This document shows, piece by piece, positions 31,459 through 42,214 of a stretch of 64,000 nt of DNA. The number at the start of each line of letters is the position of its first letter. Within the stretch, counting starts at the first letter, position 1. A program made the translations under genes and the position numbers. Origin of the DNA: Alphaproteobacteria bacterium (GTDB lineage: Bacteria > Pseudomonadota > Alphaproteobacteria > UBA828); contig CBDEFM010000001.1 of NCBI GenBank assembly GCA_965237415.1, positions 448,001 to 512,000 on the forward strand, written 5' to 3'. The notes below the pieces were generated by a model. The model ran no database searches, was not told the origin of the DNA, and saw nothing but the letters and a program-made list of their open reading frames with translations.

Positions 31459-32891
31459 GCAAAGAAGTAGGGCGTCAGTCCTTGCTGGTTCTCGTCCACG
31501 ATCAGGCGGCGGCCCGACGGCGGGAAGGCGCGCGCGCTGCAATCGGTGCGGTCGCACAGGCGGCAGTTGATACCGCTGGGGGATACGCCCGCGGGCCGCT
31601 CCGGGTCGAGCCCGGATCCGTAGACGAGACGGTTCGCGTGGGAGAGCGGGCAGCCGATGGCAACCACGAGCTGTTGGCCCGGCAACGCGTGGCCGGCACC
31701 CGGCCGCGCGACCATGCGGGCAATCGTGAAGAAGCGCGCGCCATCGGGCATCTCGACGATGTCCAGGCGAGTCTCGCCGGGCGTCTGGAAGGCGCGGTGC
31801 ACGCCCCATCGCGGGCAGAGCCCGCCGAAGCGCGCGAAGCGGAAGCCGCCGGCGTCGAAACGGTGCAGCACGTTGCCCGCGCAGTCGAGATGGACGAGGA
31901 AGAACGGCACGCCCTTGGCGCCGGGCCGCTGCAGAGCGATGAGCCGCTGGCATACGTGCTCGAACGACGCACCGAAGCGACGGCCGAGGAGATCGATGTC
32001 GTAGTCGAGCGCCTCGGCGGCGGCTTGGAAGCGCTCGTAGGGCATCACGCAGGCGCCGGCGAAATAGTTTGCCAGGTTGATGGCGAGGAGGCGGCGCGCC
32101 TCCCCCTGAAAGCCCGACTGGTCTGCGATGTCGTCGAAAAGCTCGTGCCAGCCGAGCAGCGCCAGCTGATGGGCGAGCTGGAAGACGCGCTCCTCAGGCG
32201 CCAACGCGTCGGACAGCAGTACGCGCCGGCCGTGGCGGTCGTAGCGCCGGACCAGGTCGTGCATGACGTGCGCGGGCATGATGCGGACCTTGAGGCCGTG
32301 GGCGTCCGTAAGGACGGCGCGCAGCCCCTCGTAGAGGCCGTCGGCATCGAGGCTCGCGTCGGCCCAGAGCCGTTCGGCTGCCTCCTCAAGCTCGGGGAAA
32401 TAGCCGGACCGGGCCTGGACGACGTCATGCACCTCGTCGCTCGGGACCCCGGCCGCCGCAGCCAGGGGGGCCGGCGGGCTCTTCTCCCCGGCGCCGCCGA
32501 GACCCTCGGCACCGTTCATCGTGTTTTCCAGAAGGTCGCGGTAGGCGCGGAAGAGGAGAATGACGGCATCGCCGAGCGCGGGGCTAGCCTGGGCCGCGTC
32601 GCGAATGTCTTGATCGCCCACTTGGCTTCGGGCAAATAGCGGATCGCCGAACACCTCCCGCAGTTGGGCGGTGACACGCCCCTCATCGTCATCCGCGAAG
32701 CGCTGGAGATCGATGTCGAACGCCTGGCCGAGCTTGAGCAGGAAGGGAACCGTCACGGGCCGCTGGCTGCGCTCGATCAGGTTCAGGTAGCTCGTGGAGA
32801 TTCCGAGTTGAGCCGCCATGCGCGCCTGGGTGAGTCCGCGCTCGCGCCGGAGCCTGCGTACTCTTTGGCCCGCCATCACCTTGCCCTGCAT
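31455..32891 (-). CDS. short-chain fatty acyl-CoA regulator (ScfR/RamB/PrpR family)
   Basis: N-terminal XRE HTH (GLTQA.MA..LGIS.SYLN.IE..QRP), ANYFAGA..MPY, D.AGN, C-terminal CRLCDR.DC..RA.P. Confidence 0.92.
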   Translation of the reverse strand: MQGKVMAGQRVRRLRRERGLTQARMAAQLGISTSYLNLIERSQRPVTVPFLLKLGQAFDIDLQRFADDDEGRVTAQLREVFGDPLFARSQVGDQDIRDAAQASPALGDAVILLFRAYRDLLENTMNGAEGLGGAGEKSPPAPLAAAAGVPSDEVHDVVQARSGYFPELEEAAERLWADASLDADGLYEGLRAVLTDAHGLKVRIMPAHVMHDLVRRYDRHGRRVLLSDALAPEERVFQLAHQLALLGWHELFDDIADQSGFQGEARRLLAINLANYFAGACVMPYERFQAAAEALDYDIDLLGRRFGASFEHVCQRLIALQRPGAKGVPFFLVHLDCAGNVLHRFDAGGFRFARFGGLCPRWGVHRAFQTPGETRLDIVEMPDGARFFTIARMVARPGAGHALPGQQLVVAIGCPLSHANRLVYGSGLDPERPAGVSPSGINCRLCDRTDCSARAFPPSGRRLIVDENQQGLTPYFFA

Positions 32892-33086
32892 GGTCCGCCC
32901 CTCGCACAAATGCCCGATACGCCCCGTGCGCACGCACAATATTTTACAGAATTCACAACATGACAGCAATCTACATACTAAACATGAATGAAATACACGT
33001 TTTTTTCCAACAAGTTATAGACATTTCCCCCCTATCGCGCGACATTGATGTCGTATTGCGATGCAACACGAAAGGAGTAGCACGCG

Positions 33087-34733
<1,647 letters not shown>

Positions 34734-34743
34734 GGAGGATGAG

Positions 34744-36045
<1,302 letters not shown>

Positions 36046-36067
36046 ACGCCCCAGATTTCGCGGCGGC

Positions 36068-37789
36068 CTACGAGCGCGGGCCGGCCTGCGGGCCCCGAAG
36101 CAGGCGGCCGGGGAGCGCGCCGGTCGCCTCGCCGTCCCGATACACAGGGACGCCGGAGACCACCGTCGCGGCGTACCCCTCGGCCCGCTGGATGAGGCGC
36201 CGCCCACCGCCGGGGAGATCGTAGACCGGCTCCGGGCAATGCAGCGTCAGCCCATCGAGGTCGATCACGTTGAGGTCGGCCTTGTAGCCGGGCTGGAGCA
36301 GCCCGCGGTCTTCGAGGCCGAGGGCAAGCGCGTTGTCGCGCGTCATGCGTTTCACCGCCCAGGGGAGAGACATCCGCTCGCCTTTCGTCCGGTCGCGAAC
36401 CCAGTGGCTCAACATGTAGGTGAAGGCGCTCGCATCGCACAGCATGCCCACATGAGCGCCGCCGTCGCCGAGGCTGACGAGCGTGTTCGGGTGCCGCAGC
36501 ATCTCCCCCACGGCATCCAGGGAGCCCTCGCTGTAGTTGCTGACCGGCCGGTAGAGCAGCGCCTTCCCGTCGCGCTCCAACAGGTAGTCGTAGGCGACGT
36601 CCTCGGGCGTGCGCCCCTCGCGGGCGGCGATGGCGGCGATGCTCCGCTCGGCGGGCGGCTCGTAGTCAGGCGGCGTGCCGAGCGGGTAGAGCCGGTCCCA
36701 GCGGCAGACGCGCTTGGCGACGAACGCGTCCGAGCACTCTTCCTCGAAGAGGCGGGCGCGGAACGCGGGCTGCCGCAAGGTCTCCAGCTTCTTCTCGAGC
36801 GGCAGGTGGGCGATCGCCTCCCAGCTCGACCGGCCGGAGAAGGGGTTCACCGAAATCTCGAAGCCAAGCAGGACCCCGGTGGCGCGGGTCAGCGTCTGGC
36901 CGATCATCGGGAGGCCCGCACGGTTCGCCTCGGCGATAAGATCGAGAAGACGGCGCCAGCCATCCGGCCTGCGGTCGTTCTGGAGGATGGTGATGGCTAT
37001 CGGCCGCCGGCTGCGCTCGACCACGCGGCGCAACATGGCGAACTCCTCGTCGAGATCGTGAAAGTCGGAGATCACCTGCAGCCAACCGGTTCCGACCGTG
37101 CCCATCGCAACGCAGATGGCACTCAGCTCGTCCTCCGCCGCCGTCAAAGTCGGGATCGGGCGGCCGTCCAGCGTCTTGTGGTTGAGCGTGCGCGAGGTCG
37201 AGAAGCCGAGCGCGCCGGCCCGCACACCCGCCGCCGCGATCTCTGCCATTGCCGCGTTGTCCTCAGGGCTGGCGGGCTCCCGCTCCACGCCCCGCTGGCC
37301 CATGACGAAGACACGCACCGGCGAATGCGGCACCTGCGCCGCGATGTCGAGGTCGTAGGGCCTGGCGTCGAGCGCGTCCATGTATTGCTCGAAGCTCTGC
37401 CAGGTCCACGGCAGCCCTTCGTCCAGCACCGCGCCGGGGATGTCCTCGACGCCCTCCATGAACTCCACCAGCGTCTCCCGCTGGTCGGGCCGACAGGGCG
37501 CGAAGCCGACGCCGCAATTGCCGATCATCGCGGTGGTGACGCCGTTCCAGGACGAGGGCGTGAGCCGGCTGCTCCAGGTGGCCTGCGCATCGTAATGGGT
37601 GTGGGGATCGATGAAGCCCGGCGTCACGATCATGCCGCGCGCATCGATCTCCTCATCGCCGGGACCGAGATTGGGCCCGACCGCCGCAACCAGACCGCAT
37701 GAGATCGCGACATCCGCCTCGCGGGGCTCGCTGCCTGAGCCGTCCACGACGGTGCCGCCGCGGATTACCAGCGCATATGGCCGAGTCAT
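36068..37789 (-). CDS. N-acyl-D-amino-acid deacylase family amidohydrolase
   Basis: PGFIDPHTHYDAQ, GNCGVGFAP, GDGGAH, RGLL..G..AD. Confidence 0.9.
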   Translation of the reverse strand: MTRPYALVIRGGTVVDGSGSEPREADVAISCGLVAAVGPNLGPGDEEIDARGMIVTPGFIDPHTHYDAQATWSSRLTPSSWNGVTTAMIGNCGVGFAPCRPDQRETLVEFMEGVEDIPGAVLDEGLPWTWQSFEQYMDALDARPYDLDIAAQVPHSPVRVFVMGQRGVEREPASPEDNAAMAEIAAAGVRAGALGFSTSRTLNHKTLDGRPIPTLTAAEDELSAICVAMGTVGTGWLQVISDFHDLDEEFAMLRRVVERSRRPIAITILQNDRRPDGWRRLLDLIAEANRAGLPMIGQTLTRATGVLLGFEISVNPFSGRSSWEAIAHLPLEKKLETLRQPAFRARLFEEECSDAFVAKRVCRWDRLYPLGTPPDYEPPAERSIAAIAAREGRTPEDVAYDYLLERDGKALLYRPVSNYSEGSLDAVGEMLRHPNTLVSLGDGGAHVGMLCDASAFTYMLSHWVRDRTKGERMSLPWAVKRMTRDNALALGLEDRGLLQPGYKADLNVIDLDGLTLHCPEPVYDLPGGGRRLIQRAEGYAATVVSGVPVYRDGEATGALPGRLLRGPQAGPRS

Positions 37790-37873
37790 CCTCGCCCCCT
37801 TCTCACACCCGGAGAGCAGCCCATTAGAAAGAAATCGCGCGTGGCCGCAAGGGTGGAGTGCACCAAAGTGCGG

Positions 37874-38008
37874 CGCGTGATCGCCGGCACCGACTGCGGC
37901 TTCAGCACCTTCGCGAGCTACCAGTTCGTGGCAGATGACGTGGTATGGGCGAAGCTTCGCATGGTCGCCGACGGCGCCGCGCTCGCCACCGAACGGCTCT
38001 GGGGATAG
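37874..38008 (+). pseudogene. C-terminal remnant of a cobalamin-independent methionine synthase II-like gene
   Basis: Translates RVIAGTDCGFSTFASYQFVADDVVWAKLRMVADGAALATERLWG*; the rest of the gene is absent. Confidence 0.75.
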
Positions 38009-38066
38009 CCCGGAATATTGGCCACGGTCGCGGTCGGGTCCCGCCGCCCACCTCGGGCAAACTATA

Positions 38067-38229
38067 TTCTTGGCGGGATTCGCCGGGATAAAGTGGGATT
38101 AAGTGGGATAAGTGGGATTCCGCGGGACAGGGTCGCGGGCGCATCCCACAAATTCGGACGCGGGAGCATGATTGCTGCATAGCGCCATCCTGGCGCAGAA
38201 GCCCGGCACCCTGCATCGCACCATGGTCC
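38067..38229 (-). repeat. dispersed intergenic element, copy 2, with ATCCCACTT x3 tandem array
   Basis: Reverse-complement homolog of 19198-19391 with a divergent middle. Confidence 0.85.
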
Positions 38230-38360
38230 GTGGTCGCGCGGGCCTGAAAGGTCCCGCGCGCGGAGAAGAGTCGCGCACGCCTGAAAGGTCGTGGGCGCGG
38301 TACAAAATCGCGCGGACGATGACCGTAGCGAAAAATTCGAGCCAGCCGGGCCGGCCGGCC

Positions 38361-39956
38361 CTAACGATTGAGGATCAGGTCCGACCCCTTCTCGCCGATC
38401 ATGATAGTGGGCGCGTTGGTGTTGGAGCTGGTCACGATCGGCATGATCGAGGCGTCGATCACGCGGAGCCCGTCGATGCCACGGACCCAGAGCTCCGGGT
38501 CGACGACCGCCATGTCGTCGATCCCCATCGTGCAGGTGCTGGTGGGATGATAGGCCGGCAGCGTGTATTGCCGGATATAGGCTTCGAGCGCCTCGTCGCT
38601 CCGGTCCCCGGGCGCAGGCAGGTAAAGCTCCTTGAAGTGCGGCTTGAAGGCCTTGCTCTCGAAGATCGCACGCGAAATCTTGCAGCCGTCGATCATCCGC
38701 CGCATGTCGTCCTCGTCGCCCAAGAGGTTCGAGAAGATGCGCGGCGGCTCGTTGGGATCGGCTGAGCGGAGCGTGAGCCTGCTGCGGCTCTTCGGGCGGC
38801 AGACATTGACCGGCAGAGTGACGCCGGGGCGCTCAAGCAGCTTGATTCCGTCCGGGCCGAACTCGTAGCCAGTCGGCACGAAGTGGATCTGGATGTCGGG
38901 GCGGTCCTCCTCCTCCGGCCGGGTGCGGACGAAGGCCACCTGCTGGGCGATGGGGCTCGCCGCCGGCCCCTTGCCGCGCAGCAACCAGTCGAGGCCGTGC
39001 CGCACGTAGCCCGACGGCGTGACCTCGGTGTTATAGGTGCTGATGTCGACATAGCCGGCCACCCAGGCGGCCGGATGCTCCTGCAAGTTGTTGCCGACAC
39101 CCGGCGAGTCCGCGACCACGGGGATGCCGAGCTGGGAGAGATCGTCCGCCGGCCCTATCCCTGAGCGCAGCAGGATCGCCGGCGATGCGATGGCGCCGGC
39201 GGAGAGGACGATCTCGCCGTCCGCCCTTGCCTCGTGTTTCACGCCGGCCCGGCTGTAGACGACGGCGCGCGCGCGCCCCTCCTCGAACAGCACCTTGTCC
39301 ACCCGCGCCTCGGTCTCGACATCGAGGTTTCTCCGCCCCATCACCGGCCTGAGGTAGGCGCGGGCCGTGCTGTTGCGGCGGCCGAAGCGAACCGTCCCCT
39401 GGTTGGGGCCGGCGCCCTCCTGGCGCTCGCCGTTCACGTCCGGATTGAAGGGGATGCCGAGCTCCTTTGCCGCTTCGACGAAGACGCGGCCCAGCGGATG
39501 CGGCGTCGGCACGTCGGAGACGCGGAGCGGCCCGTCGGCACCGTGATACTCGCTCGGGCCCAGGGGATTGCTCTCCATGCGCTTGAAGTAGGGCAGCACG
39601 TCGCGATAGCTCCACGCGCCGGTGTTGCCGATGAGGCGGGCCCAGCCGTCATAGTCCTCATGCTGACCGCGCAAATAGATCATGCCGTTGATGGAGCTCG
39701 ACCCGCCGAGCACCTTGCCGCCCGGCCACATGGCGTCGCGCCCGTTGAGCGAGGGGTCGGGCTCGCTCATGTACATCCAGTTGAAGCGGGGGTTCAGGAT
39801 CGCTTTGATCTCGCCGGCGGGGACCCGCAGCACCGGCGAGGTGTCGAAGCCGCCGCCTTCGAGCAGCAGGACCTTGTTCGTGCGCTCGGCGGAAAGCCGA
39901 TGCGCGAGCACGCACCCGGCCGACCCTGCGCCCACGATGATGTAGTCCCACGCCAT
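38361..39956 (-). CDS. GMC oxidoreductase (choline dehydrogenase-like)
   Basis: [49 protein letters not shown]. Confidence 0.93.
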   Translation of the reverse strand: MAWDYIIVGAGSAGCVLAHRLSAERTNKVLLLEGGGFDTSPVLRVPAGEIKAILNPRFNWMYMSEPDPSLNGRDAMWPGGKVLGGSSSINGMIYLRGQHEDYDGWARLIGNTGAWSYRDVLPYFKRMESNPLGPSEYHGADGPLRVSDVPTPHPLGRVFVEAAKELGIPFNPDVNGERQEGAGPNQGTVRFGRRNSTARAYLRPVMGRRNLDVETEARVDKVLFEEGRARAVVYSRAGVKHEARADGEIVLSAGAIASPAILLRSGIGPADDLSQLGIPVVADSPGVGNNLQEHPAAWVAGYVDISTYNTEVTPSGYVRHGLDWLLRGKGPAASPIAQQVAFVRTRPEEEDRPDIQIHFVPTGYEFGPDGIKLLERPGVTLPVNVCRPKSRSRLTLRSADPNEPPRIFSNLLGDEDDMRRMIDGCKISRAIFESKAFKPHFKELYLPAPGDRSDEALEAYIRQYTLPAYHPTSTCTMGIDDMAVVDPELWVRGIDGLRVIDASIMPIVTSSNTNAPTIMIGEKGSDLILNR

Positions 39957-40179
39957 CCTTCCCTCCGCGCGCCGGGCATGATTCGCGCGGCTAGTGTCGC
40001 AAGCCAAGGGTGGATGGGCAAAGTCATTGAATTGCGGCGAGGCGCCTTTCGCGGTTGCCATCCGCGTAGTCGACATGGCCGGACATAGTCTGCGGAAATG
40101 AGTAACGAAAGCATGGCGAATCAGCCTAGCCCCACACCTCCTCTTCGCCGTAGCCCCTGAAGTCTTCCAATTCAAAACA

Positions 40180-41493
40180 TTAGATCGGAACCTCAGGCAG
40201 GGGTTCAAGTTGAGTCTCCGACAACAGATGAAGGCCTATTACACGACGCTTGGTCTGTTCATTGCCCGCGGAACTTAGTTTGCGAGCCTCAGTTTGAAGA
40301 GCATTTATGCGACGGTCTATTTCTACATCCAACTGCTCGAACACGTGCATTGCTGTGGTGTGACGAAACGACTGAGACCAACTCCATACGATACTATGCA
40401 ACTCAACCATAGACTGATGGTATCGCCGTCGGTGCGACGATGACATGCCTTCGGCAGCCGCCTTCATCTCCCGCTTGGCGTCTTTCACCACCATGTCGAG
40501 TTTCGTCAAGAATTTTTTTCTGGCGGCCCTAGATGGCTCTAAGGAACGGCCAGAAATGCGATATCCCAAGAAATCCGTTCCGTTATGGATATTTCCATCG
40601 TCGACCTTGCCATCATTGCGAGCTTTGACGTCACGCAAGTCGTACACTTCCATATCCATGGCTTTGAGAATCGCACGAGCCGATCGGTAGGCGGACATGA
40701 CTTTGGCTTTGGACGGTCCCAAGAGAATAAAGTCGTCGATATACCGAATACAACTTATTCCTCGTTCATTCATTCTTGCATCAAAGCTGTGCAAGGCAAT
40801 GTTGCCAGCTAGTGCGGACAACGCTGAACCTTGTGCCACTCCGATATCAGGGTCAGGGAACAATTTGAATAGGTTGCGCTCCTCCAACTCCTCTCGGTTT
40901 TCGAGGTTAGTAGTCAGTGCCTCTTCAAAAAAATCGGAAAACTCCGGATCATTTACCGCAGTACCAACAAACGCGTTGACATCAGCTCTTGCAATTCTTG
41001 TGAAGAAATCCCTGATGTCTGACCGAATGAACCAATACTTGCCCGACTGTACCGCTTGATCCACCAAGGCTATGCCCTCTGGTACGCCACGACCGGCAAT
41101 CCCGCCAACGCTAGTCGGCGTCTCCATGATGCTTCGAATAGCTGGTATACCCCGCCACTGACGGTGCCTTTCAGTCGCCGGTCCTCCACAGCCTTGAAGG
41201 ACATCGAGAATAGCGCGCCGAACTATACGGTTCTCAATGGGCGCCAAGACCAACGGACGGACCCCTTTCTTGCCTTTCCCCTTAGGTGGAGCGATGCCGG
41301 TCTCGCCGGAAAACGTGAATCTATGATTCTTCAGCCGACGTTGCAGCCGCTCGAGATTATTCAGAAAGTTGTCGTCGAATTGAATGATGAGGCGTTTAGT
41401 TTTCTCGCTATCGGACTTAAGGCCACTAGTCTTGACCTTACCCCAAGCTGGATACAGCACGCCTCGGTATCGAATTTGGGCGTAGAGACCCAC
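40180..41493 (-). CDS. stand-alone reverse transcriptase, UG2/DRT2-like
   Basis: RPL...P.ENRIVRRAI, SDIRDFF, GVAQGSALS, CIRYIDDF, FLGY; 437 aa with no endonuclease/RNase H domain; GTG start with GAGG RBS; visibly lower GC than flanks. The RT call is firm; the subfamily is from recalled similarity. Confidence 0.9.
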   Translation of the reverse strand: MGLYAQIRYRGVLYPAWGKVKTSGLKSDSEKTKRLIIQFDDNFLNNLERLQRRLKNHRFTFSGETGIAPPKGKGKKGVRPLVLAPIENRIVRRAILDVLQGCGGPATERHRQWRGIPAIRSIMETPTSVGGIAGRGVPEGIALVDQAVQSGKYWFIRSDIRDFFTRIARADVNAFVGTAVNDPEFSDFFEEALTTNLENREELEERNLFKLFPDPDIGVAQGSALSALAGNIALHSFDARMNERGISCIRYIDDFILLGPSKAKVMSAYRSARAILKAMDMEVYDLRDVKARNDGKVDDGNIHNGTDFLGYRISGRSLEPSRAARKKFLTKLDMVVKDAKREMKAAAEGMSSSHRRRYHQSMVELHSIVWSWSQSFRHTTAMHVFEQLDVEIDRRINALQTEARKLSSAGNEQTKRRVIGLHLLSETQLEPLPEVPI

Positions 41494-41555
41494 GGCAACC
41501 TCGTACTACTTTGGGGGCCCTATCGGCAAACCCGCCCCCGACAGAATCGCGAGGT

Positions 41556-41692
41556 TCGATCCCCAGGGCTCCGAAGGCGCTCAAGGCAGCCTGCGGGTGC
41601 GACCTGCTCCGCAGAAGCATCCGCCCTGCGGTCCCCGCTCCCAGCATAGCCGACGCTCAAGACAAGCCCGACCGCGAGAAGCGGGAGGATCA
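41556..41692 (-). repeat. 137-bp direct repeat, copy proximal to the RT
   Basis: Base-for-base identical to 41923-42059. Confidence 0.98.
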
Positions 41693-41922
41693 GGCCCGAG
41701 ACGGAAAATCCGCCGGACCTGCGCGCCGGCAACTTGGCGCGTTTTTGAGAGCGCGGGTCATCTGGCAATCCTCCTGCTGGGCGACCGTATCGTTTTTGGG
41801 TCGTTCATCAAGTGGCGCCAGCGCGCCTCCGCGCCCACGGAAATATAGAAGTTGTCGACCGTCCGATAGGCCCCCATCACGGTTAGGGCTCCGGTGACGT
41901 AGACTTCCGCCGGGCGCGAAGG

Positions 41923-42059
41923 TCGATCCCCAGGGCTCCGAAGGCGCTCAAGGCAGCCTGCGGGTGCGACCTGCTCCGCAGAAGCATCCGCCCTGCGGTC
42001 CCCGCTCCCAGCATAGCCGACGCTCAAGACAAGCCCGACCGCGAGAAGCGGGAGGATCA
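41923..42059 (-). repeat. 137-bp direct repeat, copy at the predicted transcription start
   Basis: Base-for-base identical to 41556-41692; starts 367 bp apart. Confidence 0.98.
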
Positions 42060-42067
42060 ACGCAATG

Positions 42068-42096
42068 ACTATACATCATGTCGCCCTCAACCGCAA
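42068..42096 (-). promoter_or_regulatory. sigma70-like promoter for the ncRNA-RT unit
   Basis: Minus strand TTGCGG (42096-42091), 17 bp, TATAGT (42073-42068); predicted +1 at about 42061-42060, adjoining the repeat start. Confidence 0.7.
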
Positions 42097-42214
42097 GATA
42101 GGGTAAGGTACGGTATATATTGGGACCGAATTTGGGCGATAATTTGCTGTGCGACCGGACTATGGCGCGCGTCTACAGCCGCCACCCCCGGCCGTTACCT
42201 TTTCGGGATAGTGC

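Larger units (their letters stand above)
41500..42061 (-). ncRNA. putative RT-associated structured ncRNA/leader
   Basis: Own promoter; closing stem UGGGGGCCUAUCGG (41876-41863) with CCGAUAGGGCCCCCA (41526-41512); two copies of a multi-hairpin module; directly upstream of the RT. Confidence 0.7.

Noticed and set aside
40180-41493. Group II intron or classical retron
   Set aside because: It has YIDD rather than YADD, no recognisable intron domain V/VI downstream, and no retron NAxxH or VTG motifs or effector gene.
41556-42059. DGR template/variable repeat pair
   Set aside because: The copies are 100% identical with no adenine-specific differences, neither lies at the 3' end of a target gene, and there is no avd-like gene.
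41556-42059. CRISPR array
   Set aside because: Only two repeats of 137 bp with a 230-bp interval, and no cas genes.
42110-42125. NrdR box upstream of the RT promoter (TCCCAATATATACCGT on the minus strand)
   Set aside because: Single site that misses a conserved G; too weak to call.
40060-42185. Terminal inverted repeats or target duplication around the RT islet
   Set aside because: Only a 7-bp CATAGTC/GACTATG match; no convincing boundary or integrase.
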